From Cystobasidiomycetes sp. EMM_F5 (lineage: Eukaryota): a stretch of 64,000 bases of DNA. How positions within the stretch are numbered: the stretch's first letter is position 1; every line of letters starts with the position of its first letter. The notes beneath the pieces are model-generated. The model had not been told where the DNA came from. It saw only the letters and a list, made by a program, of their open reading frames with translations, and did not search any database. The stretch lies in assembly GCA_051047955.1 (NCBI GenBank), contig JBPGPT010000002.1, positions 806,001 through 870,000 of the forward strand, read 5' to 3'. Below, piece by piece: positions 53,007 through 64,000 of the stretch. The position numbers and the translations under genes were made by a program.

Positions 53007-55154
53007 ATGGCAAACACCGATACTCCGCAAGGCGTCCAAGTGCTGGGTGAGTTGAAGATGCCCTCGCCTGAAATCCATCAACGGGGCTGAGACTGAACTT
53101 GGGGTATGCAGGCAAAGTTGAGGGTACGCAAGCGACGACTCATTACGAAGATATTGGAAGAATACGCATACTGACAAGTCTAGCCTCATTTCCCACTTTG
53201 CGACCAACTCGCTCGGCTATCTTGTACCCTCATCCGCCACAATCTTGACTGGGAATCCCTTCAGGCCCTCACAAGCGCATTCTCACGAAGGAGTGCTTGC
53301 AATTCCTCGCAGTACTTCACCGAAATTTCGATGCAACACGCAAGCAGGTGGGTCAGATAATCTTTGTGATCTAGCGAAGGTCCTGCCTAAAGACTGACCC
53401 GATGGCTGCGCTCTTGCTCCACAGCTTCTGCAAGCTCGTCTCGCCAGACAGGAGAAGTTTGACGCGGGTGCTACTCCTGATTTTCAGCCAGAGACTCAGC
53501 ACATTCGCGATGACGACACTTGGTACTGCGCCCCTCCCGCTCCAGGCTTGGAGGACAGAAGGGTGGAGATTACGGGACCGGTAGACCGCAAGATGGTGCG
53601 TGAGATCTCGTCGACAGCTTATGGTGATTTCAGTCTGATACTGAGGTCGTCTACAGGTCATCAATGCCTTGAACTCCGGCGCCAAAACGTACATGGCTGA
53701 TTTTGAAGGTGCAATGACTGACCACATATCTGAGAACAGTGGTCATTGACGATGTCTATGCAGACTCCAATGCTCCTACCTGGGCCAACAATCTGGACGG
53801 TCAATCCAATTTATACGACTCTGTGAGGCGACAGATTGACTTCAAGGATGCAAAGTCAGGCAAGGAGTATAAGCTAGGCCAGAACCTGGCAGTACAACTC
53901 GTCCGTGCTCGAGGCTGGCATCTGGAGGAAGGCCACGTCACCGTTGACGGACAAGTCATGTCGGGCTCGCTCTTTGACTTTGGTGTGTTCTTTTTCAACA
54001 ACGCTGCCGAACAGGTCAAGAGGGGTCATGGACCGTACTTTTACCTGCCAAAGATGGAGCACTACCTAGAGGCTCGTCTATGGAACGATGTCTTTTGCCT
54101 CGCTCAAGACTACATTGGCATGCGTAGGGGTACGATCCGAGGTACTGTGCTCATTGAGACTATTCCTGCGGCCTTCCAAATGGACGAGATATTGTTTGAG
54201 TTGAGAGAGCACTCTTCCGGTCTCAACTGTGGTCGCTGTGCGTAGGAGCGTACCATTACGATCATCTAACGAGGACTGACAATTGCGCTTCTATCATGAC
54301 AGGGGACTACATCTTCTCGTTCATCAAAAAGATGCGTAACAATGCCAAATTCGTCATGCCTGACCGCTCTCACGTTACGATGACTGTACCGTTCATGGAC
54401 GCATACGTCCGACTGCTCATCAAGACGTGTCATCGTCGCAAAGTAGCTGCAATGGGCGGAATGGCAGCGCAGATTCCCATCAAGAATGACGAAAAGGCCA
54501 ACGAGGCGGCCATGGAGCGTGTTCGCCAGGATAAGCTGCGAGAGGTCAAAGCGGGCCACGATGGCACTTGGGTAGCCCACCCTGCGCTCGTCAAGATTGC
54601 GTTGGACATCTTCAACGAAAACATGACTGGACCGAACCAGTACCACGTGCGACGACTTGACGTCAATGTCACCGCCAAGGATCTGTTGAATACAGATGTT
54701 CCGGGCTCCATCACTGAAGCCGGAATCAGAGGCAACCTGTACGCGTTGCTCGAATATGTGGGCAATTGGGTCGCTGGACTTGGCTGCGTGCCTGTCAACT
54801 ACATGATGGAGGATGCTGCTACGGCAGAGATTGCGCGAGTGCAAATCTGGCACTGGATGTGAGTCGGCTTTGTTGAAATCTCGTGACTATATACTCATGC
54901 GCTGATCCGTGTTAAACAGCAAACACGGTTCAAAGACGGACAAGGGAACTGCCATCACTCCAGACTACATTGACAAGCTGCTTGGCGAAGAGTCCAAAAA
55001 GGTCCAGAAGCTCGATTCGAAATACGTCGAGGCGGCTCGCAAGTACATGAGCGAGCAAGCGAGGGCGCAGCAGCTGAGCGAGTTCCTCACGAGCGATCTG
55101 ATGCCTCAGTTGAGCGATTACGTCGCTCCCAAGGGTCCGTCGGCTCGTTTGTGA
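53007..55154 (+). CDS. MLS1: Malate synthase A, peroxisomal
   Basis: '[14 protein letters not shown]', 'YMADFED', '[10 protein letters not shown]', '[19 protein letters not shown]', 'GLNCGR|WDYIFS', '[10 protein letters not shown]', '[10 protein letters not shown]', '[11 protein letters not shown]', and C-terminal -ARL* PTS1. Confidence 0.97.
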
Positions 55155-55316
55155 ATGGCACGAGGGGAAATGTGATGAAATGTATCTTTCTGGTATCGGT
55201 CATTCTGACTGCGAATTATCGTTGCTATGACCATGGCTTAGTGCAACATGCGTGTGTGTGAATGTTGGATATTGTCTCGAAATTGGGTCCTTTGACCGTA
55301 ACTATTGCTCCATTAC

Positions 55317-58300
55317 ATGCTCCACCCCGAGCCAACCACGCCCATGAATGAGACTGCTGCCCCGCTAGACGGCGACCATGAAGAGCTATGCCGCGTATGT
55401 CGAGGCGGGCACGAGAGCGGTCCGCTGATGAGGCCGTGCCGCTGCAAGGGCAGTATCGAGTTCTGCCACGAGGACTGCCTCTCGAGCTGGCTGGCAGTCA
55501 GCAGAGGCAGCAGGTGCGAGCTGTGCAAGCATCCGTTCCGCTGGGAGAAGAGTGGGCCGTTTAAATGCAATGGGCTCCATATTGTCGCTGACGGCAGTGT
55601 CCATTTTCCAGTATACTCTGCTGAAACCCCGTCGAGGCTGCCACTGACTACCATTATCCGACATCTACTCCTCGGAGGGTGGACTATCCTGCTCTTTGCG
55701 CTCCGGGGCGTCCTCGTTTGCGTCGCCTGGCTGGGTGTACTGCCCTACACGGTGCTGTCGGTCATCCGGGGCCTCCTCTGGTTCAGCAGTCACACTACAC
55801 GCTCCCTCAACAGCCTCGTCGAGCTGACGCCGTGGTCCCGGCTTTCGTTCGCCCAAGCTGTGTACCATGTCCTGTTTTCACCGAGTAGCCCAAACTCGGA
55901 CAATGGGCCTCTCACGGCAGTCCATAGTGCCGCTCAGAGTGACGCTGCTCGTAACTTCAGTGCAGCACCCCAACTCGACAGCCTCGAAAAGGCTGTAGCG
56001 CACGTCCTGAGCGCCTTTGCCACCTCATCCTCAAGCGGTAATTCTCCAACCTTGCCATTAGCTTCGAGCAGCAGTAGAGACCAGGACGGCTTTCCTCTAC
56101 TCCGCCTATTCTTCGACATCAGAACGGGCCATAGGAGCTTTGCAGACGTATGGAATGCTCAAAAAGATCAGATCGAGTAAGCGAGGATATGTATGATGGC
56201 ATTAGTCTAATCACGCTGATTCATTATCCACGCTGCAGAGCATTAGCGAGAGACTGCTTCTCTGGACAGATTATCGTGTGCTGCTCTGTAGTCATATTCA
56301 TTGCAATCTTCCTTCTCCGAGAATGGGTTGTCGCAAATCAGCACCCTCCGCCTCTGGCAATAGATGTTGCAGTACCTCCGATACATGCTCCTGCAGAGGA
56401 TACAGCTCCGAGGGTAGTTCTTGCAGCGGAAGATAATTTAGGAACACCAGCCAATACAGCCGATAGTGTGGGTGCAAGCCCCATAGACACGACAAGTGCA
56501 AGGGACCGACAGACTGAAATCACGGAAATGAGGGAATGGTCTTCGCAACGAGCTGGACGTGTGCCGACACCACCTGTGGCGGAGCAGCCTACAGCCTTGC
56601 ACTGGGAAGAATACGGTGTTCCCTCAACTTCAAACAGTGTTGAGAGTGACCATAACGAACATGCACGCGCGTCGACACCATCGCTTATTGACCAAAATGC
56701 TGCGCCGAGTCTACCTATACCGGTCGAACCTGCTGCTGTCGCTCAGCGAGCTCCACCAGCAGTAATCGTTGCACCAGCTCGTCAACCTGTAGCAGCGGAT
56801 TGGGCTTCCGACGACGATGCTGACTCGGACGACGATGATATTGCTCGTTTACCCAATGCCAACCCAGCAAATGCAGGCGTGGCTGGTGGCAATAACGTGC
56901 TGGACAATGAAGATGATCTATTCTTCGAGGCAGATATTGACACCATGCTACAAGCCGTTGGCATGCGCGGATCCTTGATTATACTGCTCCAGAATGTAGC
57001 ACTCATGACTCTGCTTATCTGCGTGTCTGTGATTGTGGCTGTGTGGACGCCATTACTCACAGCTAAAACCATTCTGATTGTGGGTGCACTTGATTTATAT
57101 TCCTCCATAGGCTGTTTGGTGACGCTTCCGCTCAGTTCCGGCTGTTCAAGCTCGTTTTCGTACCCATAAATATAGTAAGACTCGTAACAGATCCCATAGC
57201 AGACACCTTGGTTCGGTACGCGTCAGCAGTAGCACCTTTAGCTCTGCCTCAATCAAGTGCGCATGCAAAGTCAAGCGGGCCTGGGTTTGTGACCAGGTTT
57301 CTACTCAACCCGGCGACAAAAGTAAACGAGACATCCGCATCAGCGATCGGCATATTCGGCTTCACAGCCCATTATCGAAGTACCGCAACGAGCACGATGA
57401 TTACTGTACTTGACGCGGTTAGACATCGTTGGCATACGATGACAACTGAAGAAACAGACGTCGATCGGGTGTTCTGCGTAGCTCTAGGCTACACAGTCTT
57501 CTTTACGGGTGCAGCGCTCTACCTCCGCTTCACACGAAATGCTCAAGCTCAGCATATTTCCGACGCTCTTCGCGAGATTGTAAAACAACAATTTCTCATG
57601 CTCAAGGTACGGTTGCTAGGTTCTAAGTGTGATGCGTGCTAATCAATGTTCTTCCAGGCCGCTACCTTCTTCTTCATAGAGATCTTACTATTCCCAACCC
57701 TGTGTGGAATACTGCTGAATGTAGCGACGATTCCCATATTTCCCGGTGTCTCCATTTACTCTCGTGTCGCATATCACATTCGCCATCCCATTGCTGCTAC
57801 GTTCCTCACCTGGTAAGCTGCGCCTTGCTATGCTGTTGGTCCTTGAGCTGACGCGGTGCGATTAGGTTGGCTGGAACCAATTTTATGTACGCCTTCGCAT
57901 CAATGATCGGAGTGATACGCAAATGCGTCCGATCCGGTGTTTTGTGGTTCATTAGAGACCCTACCGATCCCGATGTACGTCTGTCGTAGCTACGCTTAAC
58001 ACTGTCAAACGCTGACTATTGCCCCTAGTCCAATCCGCTGCGCGAGATTCTCGAAACTCCGGCTTTTAGTCAAGCAAAGAAGATATCGCGTTCCCTGGTC
58101 ATGTATGGTGCCATTCTGCTCACGCTATTTGGCATCTTCCCGTGGCTCTCGTTGTTGTGCTCATTTACGCCTTTTCCGCTCAGATGGCAGTATACGTGAG
58201 TATTATCTTGCCACCATCAATGGATTTAGCGCTTAAGCTTACTTATGTCATGGACAGTCGGTCTCAAGCGAAAGTGCCCCTCGAGCAGCTCTCCATTCTT

Positions 58301-59699
58301 TTCATTCTGCCATACACATTCGGCAAGACTCGGCCGAGACGCGCGCTCAGGAAGCTTCTGTCAGAATGGTTGACGCTGACAGCACATCAACTGCGCTTGT
58401 CGTCCTTCCTTTTGGGAGAACGGAAATCAGACGAGGAGGGTTACGTAATCCGAAGCGGCTGGCGAGCGCGGCTTCGGATAGACAAGCTCGGTAATGCCGT
58501 CTGCGCGACAAAGACACCGTCTAGTCCCACAAGCTCAGCACAATGCGAATTTCAGCGAGATGGAAGTTTTGCCAGAGTCGTTGCGGCCGATAATGTCAAA
58601 TTGGTTGCCAAGGCGATGTTTGTGCCGGTATCAGAAAGTGGAGAACCCCTAGATCAAGCGGGGAAAGAGATCATCGAAAAGCAACTGTCTCTTGGTCCGA
58701 ACGATGATTCGAAATTCACGGTAGTATACATTCCTCCCAACTTCAGAAGCCGTATCACCTTGTTTGTCTACCTGTTGTGGATAACTGGTTCGATCGCTAT
58801 CTTCACCTGCGTTTCGGTTCCCCGTAAGTCGACACTCTACCTTTCATCAAGGACTGGCTGACATCGGTACGCAGTGCTCGTTGGCCGCTTCATACTGGAT
58901 CGAATATCAACAGAACCATCACACGATTTGCTGGCCATTGCTATCGGCGCTCATGTTCTCTTGTACTCGTACAGATGCTACAGGTCGATCATCCGAGCAA
59001 AGCACCACCCGCTCAATCATATACAACCAGTGCTGCTGCGAAAATGGCTGGCGACGGCTGGGTACCTCCTCTGTTTAGCACTATTGGCGGGCGGAATGCT
59101 GCCATTGCTTTGTGGCATGGTAGTACAGGTGTACATCTTTAACACTCTGGGGAGTGCATCGTCCACCACCGTATCGCTCAGCACGTCCTGGTCATTCGGC
59201 TTGCTTTATTGCAGTCTGGCATTATCTATCACCAGAATGCTCGGCAGTAATCGACTGCCGGCAAGATTCGCAGAAGTACATCGTCTTGTTGGTATTACTG
59301 GCTTGCGCTGATGTATTTTCTTAGACTGCATACACGGGTTGGACGTCCGAGAACACTGAGCTCCTTCGCACGGTCATCTTCACGAACGTGCGCTGCCTGG
59401 TAGCTCTGTCCTTGCCTGGTGTTTTCGCGTGGACGCAGCTGCTCACCCGACAGCTGTTGTGGCTCTCCATCAAGCCCGACACCCCATACCCTGTTGGTCC
59501 CGATACGGACGCTTTTCGCGCAACGCTATACAGCGTGATGTTTGCTTCGACTCTCGTCTTCGCCCTGTCGCCCATGAAGCGTCTTGCTGCACGATGGTCT
59601 AAACACGTATGGGATCGCGAGTTCGTACTTCGCCGCAAATTGAAGAACATCGACGACCCTGTAAACCCGAACGATGAAGAAGTGTCAGTACACCCTTGA
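55317..59699 (+). CDS. DOA10: RING-CH E3 ubiquitin ligase Doa10/Ssm4/MARCH6
   Basis: RINGv 'CRVCR...PCRCKGSIEFCHEDCLSSWL...CELCK', 'IFLLREWVVAN', TD domain 'FFIEILLFP..CG' and 'GVLWFIRDPTDPD', 'LRLSSFLLGER', 'VVYIPPNFRSRI', and many TM segments. Confidence 0.93.
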
Positions 59700-60122
59700 A
59701 GTGTAGATTAGCTATGTAGCGTGTCGTTGTATACGGAACAAAGGTCAATGTCGCAATGTATTATTCAGGCTTGCGCAGCAGTTCACTATTCAGTTGACAA
59801 TGCAGTCATGTAGCATTCAAAATGATCTTCGCAATGAATCATTATAGCATGGTGTACGCGCCTACAACGGCTAGCTTTATGTGTCCGACACGGCACATTT
59901 GAGCAGAAACAAAGCGACTAGATCTAGTCCAGCTTGGATCGGAAGTCGACGTGGTTGGGTGACACCCGCAGGCCATAGCAGCTGGCACAATCCGCTTGCA
60001 GGAGGGGAGATGTGCGTGCGGCTTGAGAGCAGAAGCACGAAATACTGAAACATATTTAAGTGTGGTAGTCACGGTACATTGTAACCGTGTTAGGAGTAGC
60101 GTCGAGAAAGCCATAGCTGTGT

Positions 60123-63100
60123 TTAGAGTCCGAACAGACTCTTCAATTCTCGAACGCCCAGTCTAGGCAGCTTCTGTCCACTGCCCTCGCCAAGGGAAGC
60201 ATCGGCAAGGCCTGGTTGCAACGAGCGATGATGTTAGCATCTTGAAAAGTGCAGTGGCAGAGTCCTTTACCTTGTTTTCGCTGCACATGAGGTGAGTCAG
60301 CATTACCCAATTCAGGTGCTGTTGATACGACTTACCACTTGTAAAGCAAGGATACGATCTTCGACCGTGTTCTTGATGACTAATCGCGATACGTATACTT
60401 CCTTGCGTTGGCCTAAGCGATGTACCTGGGCAAAGAAGGGAGGAAATGAGCAAACGCCATTTCCGACTTCTACGTAGACAGCCCATTACTCTATCGAAAG
60501 CCTGTGCTTCTACGGCAGGACTCCAAGCCAGCTGAAAGGACAGGTGTCAATCGCGTGCGTGGTCCTGCTTCAGGTACTTACATCCAGTAGAATGACACCT
60601 GGCATTATGCAAGTCAGCATCATGCACCCGCGGGTTGCAAATATAGAGCACGCACGATTGCCTCCGGTTAGATTCAAACCAACCCCTCCGGCTGTACGGC
60701 GAGATCAGCATGCAGCGGGAAGAAGAGTACAAATTGTAGATTTACCTTTCAACGACATAAGCTAGAAGGAAACTAAGCTTAGTCAACGTGTTCTCGCTTC
60801 CTTCATGATATCACCTACCATGCATTTGATTTTGCGCGAATCATTGAACTGCTTGACAGCGACATCACGAGCAGAACGGGACATGGATCCGTCAAAGGTC
60901 GAATGCTTTACGCGCTTGGTCGTCAGATATGCAGACACAAGAGACAGCATGGACGTCCACTGCAATTGGGGGAGTTCAATGACAAAACGCTCCGCGCAGT
61001 GTACTCCGCCGAACTTGCAAACTCACCTGCGAGATAATGAGGAACTTGTCGTCTTGTGGGGCGTCTAAAACTTCCTGCAACATACGCATCATCTGCGACA
61101 AAATTAGCAATGGTCAGCAAATGCCAGGTTGCTTGACGTACCTTGGTGGACGGCAGAACTTGCGAGCGCTTGTCAAGCAGTGCTTTAGCAGCCTTGCTCT
61201 CGATCTTATTGACAACACGAACACCCCGACGAGACATCAATGATGGCTCATCATCTTCGGTTTCTGAATCATCGTCGGTGTACTCGTCAATGTCAGACTC
61301 GGTAGCCCGAGCTTTGCCTTTGCCCTTGTCGCCCGCCATCTTTTTCTTGGACGTTTTCTGCTGAAGAGAGCCATTTACGCCGCTGTCATCAATAAAATCG
61401 TCATCGGACGTGTGTCGGTCGTCTTCCTCGTCCTCGTCGTCCTGTGTGCAGATGTCAGGACAGGTAACCCCTTGATGCCGATCGTCACCTACCGACTTGA
61501 CTATGCGAGTCTTCCGCGCCTTCGACCTTGCACGGTTTGGCTTTCTCTTTGGAGGAGAACTTGCCAGCTCGTCAACATCAGACTCGTCCATGTCAGACTC
61601 TGGGATTGCCTCCTTCTTGACCATGCGCTTCATCTGCTCTTCCTTCCTGTCAGCTTCGTCGTCCCCGTTGCCTTGCTTCACTTTCTGTACGACTTGTGCG
61701 ATCGCTTGATGATAGTCATCGTGTGATTCGGCCTTGACCCCAGTTATTTTGCTGACCTCCTCGGAGCTAGGCTCGAAGAGTTGCACAGGGAATATCTTCT
61801 CCTTGGAGATTTTGGAACGGCACTTTGGGCAAGTCGCCTTATCCTCGCCTGCCATAATGTTGAGTCTCTGCGATATCATGGCATGCATCGTGAAGGATGG
61901 CCTTACCCTCAGTAGTCTGCGTGTCGATATGCGTATCCAGACACTGCGACCGATGATACGGAATGAGTAGGGCTTCGATGAAGGAAAATACTACCTTACT
62001 GGCTTGCAAAACTCGTGTATGCATTGCGTCAAGACAGCTACTTCCGAAATGCCTAAAGGTTCGAAGCATATGCTGCATTCTTCACCTTCAGCCTGTTCGA
62101 TGAATCTAAGTAGGTATCTCTGAGGAATGGCAGTGTTTGTGTACACACCTCGTCATCGTCCGTTCGTCTGCAACGTGCCTCCAGTTTCTTGGCTTTGATT
62201 CTGTCGAACGCCTCTTTACCCCACAGAGCAATGACACGTTCGGTTTGTGCCGCTTGGTCTTTCTCAGCCTTCTCAAGTAAAGCAAGTCGATCTTTCTCAG
62301 CCTTCTCACGCATCGCTGCTTCGTGTTTTTCAGCATCCCCTTCTCTTTCGATAGCAGCCGCAATGCCATCTTCCGTAATAAGTGATGGATGGCTGCACAA
62401 CTGACGAAGGCGCAATAGCATCACCAGCACGGTTGCGTAATTCTTGAGACTGTATGATCATACATCAGACCGTGCCTGGCATACGTCAATGAAACGGTCG
62501 AAACGTACACTGTGCCCGCTTTCAACATTCTATTGAACACCTCCTGGGAACGCAATTCGACGAAAGAGTATATCTCGCGCTCTTCCGGAGTGAAGTCTAT
62601 CTCGACGACATTGACGTGCTTTTCTGGCAAGGTGATCAGCTTTTTGCCGTTGAGTTCGCTGTTCTTGTCGCGTCTGCGTACGAAACGTCAGTCATCTATT
62701 CCATGCTTTAGATCTCCAGCTTCGTACCGGAGGCACACTCCCTTCAGAATGACCTGAGCTCTGTTACCGGCCTTCCCTGCTTGGCGTTTCTCCACTTTGA
62801 CAACGAAATCGTTGTACTCGCTCCACACGGACCATTCTGTTGCGATGTCAGGAATGGCGATGAGCAAACAGCATTCATCTGTGTCTCTGTCCACTGTCCT
62901 TGACTCACTCTTATATCGTAGGAATCGAAAGAGACCGTAGAGGTCGGCCAGAGAGTTGGTGACGGGAGTTCCTGTCGTGTCAGGGTCACGTGAGTCATAC
63001 GCCTACTTATCCTATTTTGACAGTGGGACATACCTGTCAGGCACCAACGCAGCTCTGCTTTCAAGCCGCACACCGCGCCTGATTAGCGGATCAAATCAGC

Positions 63101-64000
63101 AAACGACGGATAATCAAGTCTCTGCAAAATCCCGCATACGTGATGCTTTGATATTGCGGTTCCGAATCATTTGCGCCTCATCCACTACCACGCGATGCCA
63201 GTGCATTCGGTAGAGTAGGCCGGTCTGTTCAATGTTTTCGTAAAAGTCGGCTTCGTCAGCGGACTCCCACACTGCGTCAGGCCCTTTCTTTAGGCGCCAC
63301 GCCTTTTTGTGTTTGGCTAAAGCAGTCGCATCATCCTCAACCCATTGGCCGCTTAAAGTAGTGACCGTTGTGAGGACGACGTCAAATTTCTTCAAGTCCT
63401 GCTCGGCTGCGGCATCAGCAGATGGAGTTGTCGCACCTTCACAAGCACTCCCTACCTCCATATTCTTAGCCCTTCTGTTGCCATGGTATATATGAGCGGA
63501 GAGGTTGCCAGCAGAGAATTTCGCCACCGCTTCTGCCCATTGTTCAAGCAAGGCTTATGCGGAACTTGCCGTGAGCCTCACGTAGCAGATGCGACAACTT
63601 TGACTTACCGACTGGCGCCAGAATCAGCGTGCCACGCTCATTAGCGTCATCGCTAGGGTTCATAATCATTGTTGAAATCATTTGCACGGTCTGAAATCCA
63701 GAATCTCAACAAATACCAGTATGCATAAACATGTCTTACCTTTCCGAGACCCATCTCGTCAGCTAAGATACCACCATGGGTATTGCTGCGCTCTTGTCTC
63801 AATTGCCAAGTCACTCCCATAGCCTACAAAGCTGGACTCAGCATAAATATACATAACAGAGCGATTGGTGCACATACCTGATGCGCGTAAAGGCAGATAT
63901 CGGAGCTGGATTTTGAGAGAGCGTGTCAAATCGCAAAACAACCTGGAGTGCACGCGGATTACTGACTTCGGCAATTTTTCGTCAAGAGATGTTAGACCGA
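60123..64000 (-). CDS. SNF2-family helicase with internal RING finger (Rad5/Rad16/Uls1-Ris1 group); 5' end beyond window
   Basis: 'GGILADEMGLGK|T', 'VVVDEAQMIRN', 'RWCLTG|TP', 'LLRLRQLCSHP', RING 'CSIC...CIHEFC...CPKCR', 'SLK|AGGVGLNL', 'QAFDR|VHRLGQ', and end 'LGEGSGQKLPRLGVRELKSLFGL*'. Confidence 0.93.

Noticed and set aside
46205..55154. Zn2Cys6 TF as a cluster-specific regulator or FacB ortholog for nearby malate synthase
   Set aside because: Its zinc cluster does not resemble the FacB/Cat8 sequence as I recall it, and proximity alone is not evidence.

Overview
This is compact, intron-rich fungal genomic DNA. The roughly 50-70 nt GT-AG introns with CTRAC-type branch sites, frequent microexons and tiny intergenic spacers suggest a basidiomycete yeast, which is inference. 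I can support about 25 protein-coding genes. In order: uridine kinase/UPRT-like (truncated), ARG7, a full fungal phytochrome (PAS-GAF-PHY-HK-REC), CUB1/DUF2408, a tandem triplet of unrecognised 4-TM (MARVEL-like) paralogs, RPC4, RED-like, a pepsin-type protease, betaine-lipid synthase BTA1, an orphan ORF, PRP22, a 4-exon-plus-ATG TMEM14 gene only partly visible in the ORF track, NUP85, a NUDT19-like Nudix, a UAS-UBX protein, ELMO, HUS1, Maf, a Zn2Cys6 TF, APP1, malate synthase, DOA10/MARCH6 and a RING-SNF2 helicase (truncated). I saw no RNA genes, transposons or CRISPR arrays. The best candidate for something undescribed is the 4-TM triplet (13.2-17.5 kb), whose copies have a mosaic of intron gains and losses, 4- and 6-nt microexons and an apparent 2-nt intron slide. 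Other points of note are clustered Pho4-type boxes upstream of BTA1, a Nudix with both a mitochondrial-type presequence and a PTS1-like end, and an in-frame intron splitting the phytochrome H-box. Exon boundaries were read by eye and family assignments come from motif recognition, not database searches.
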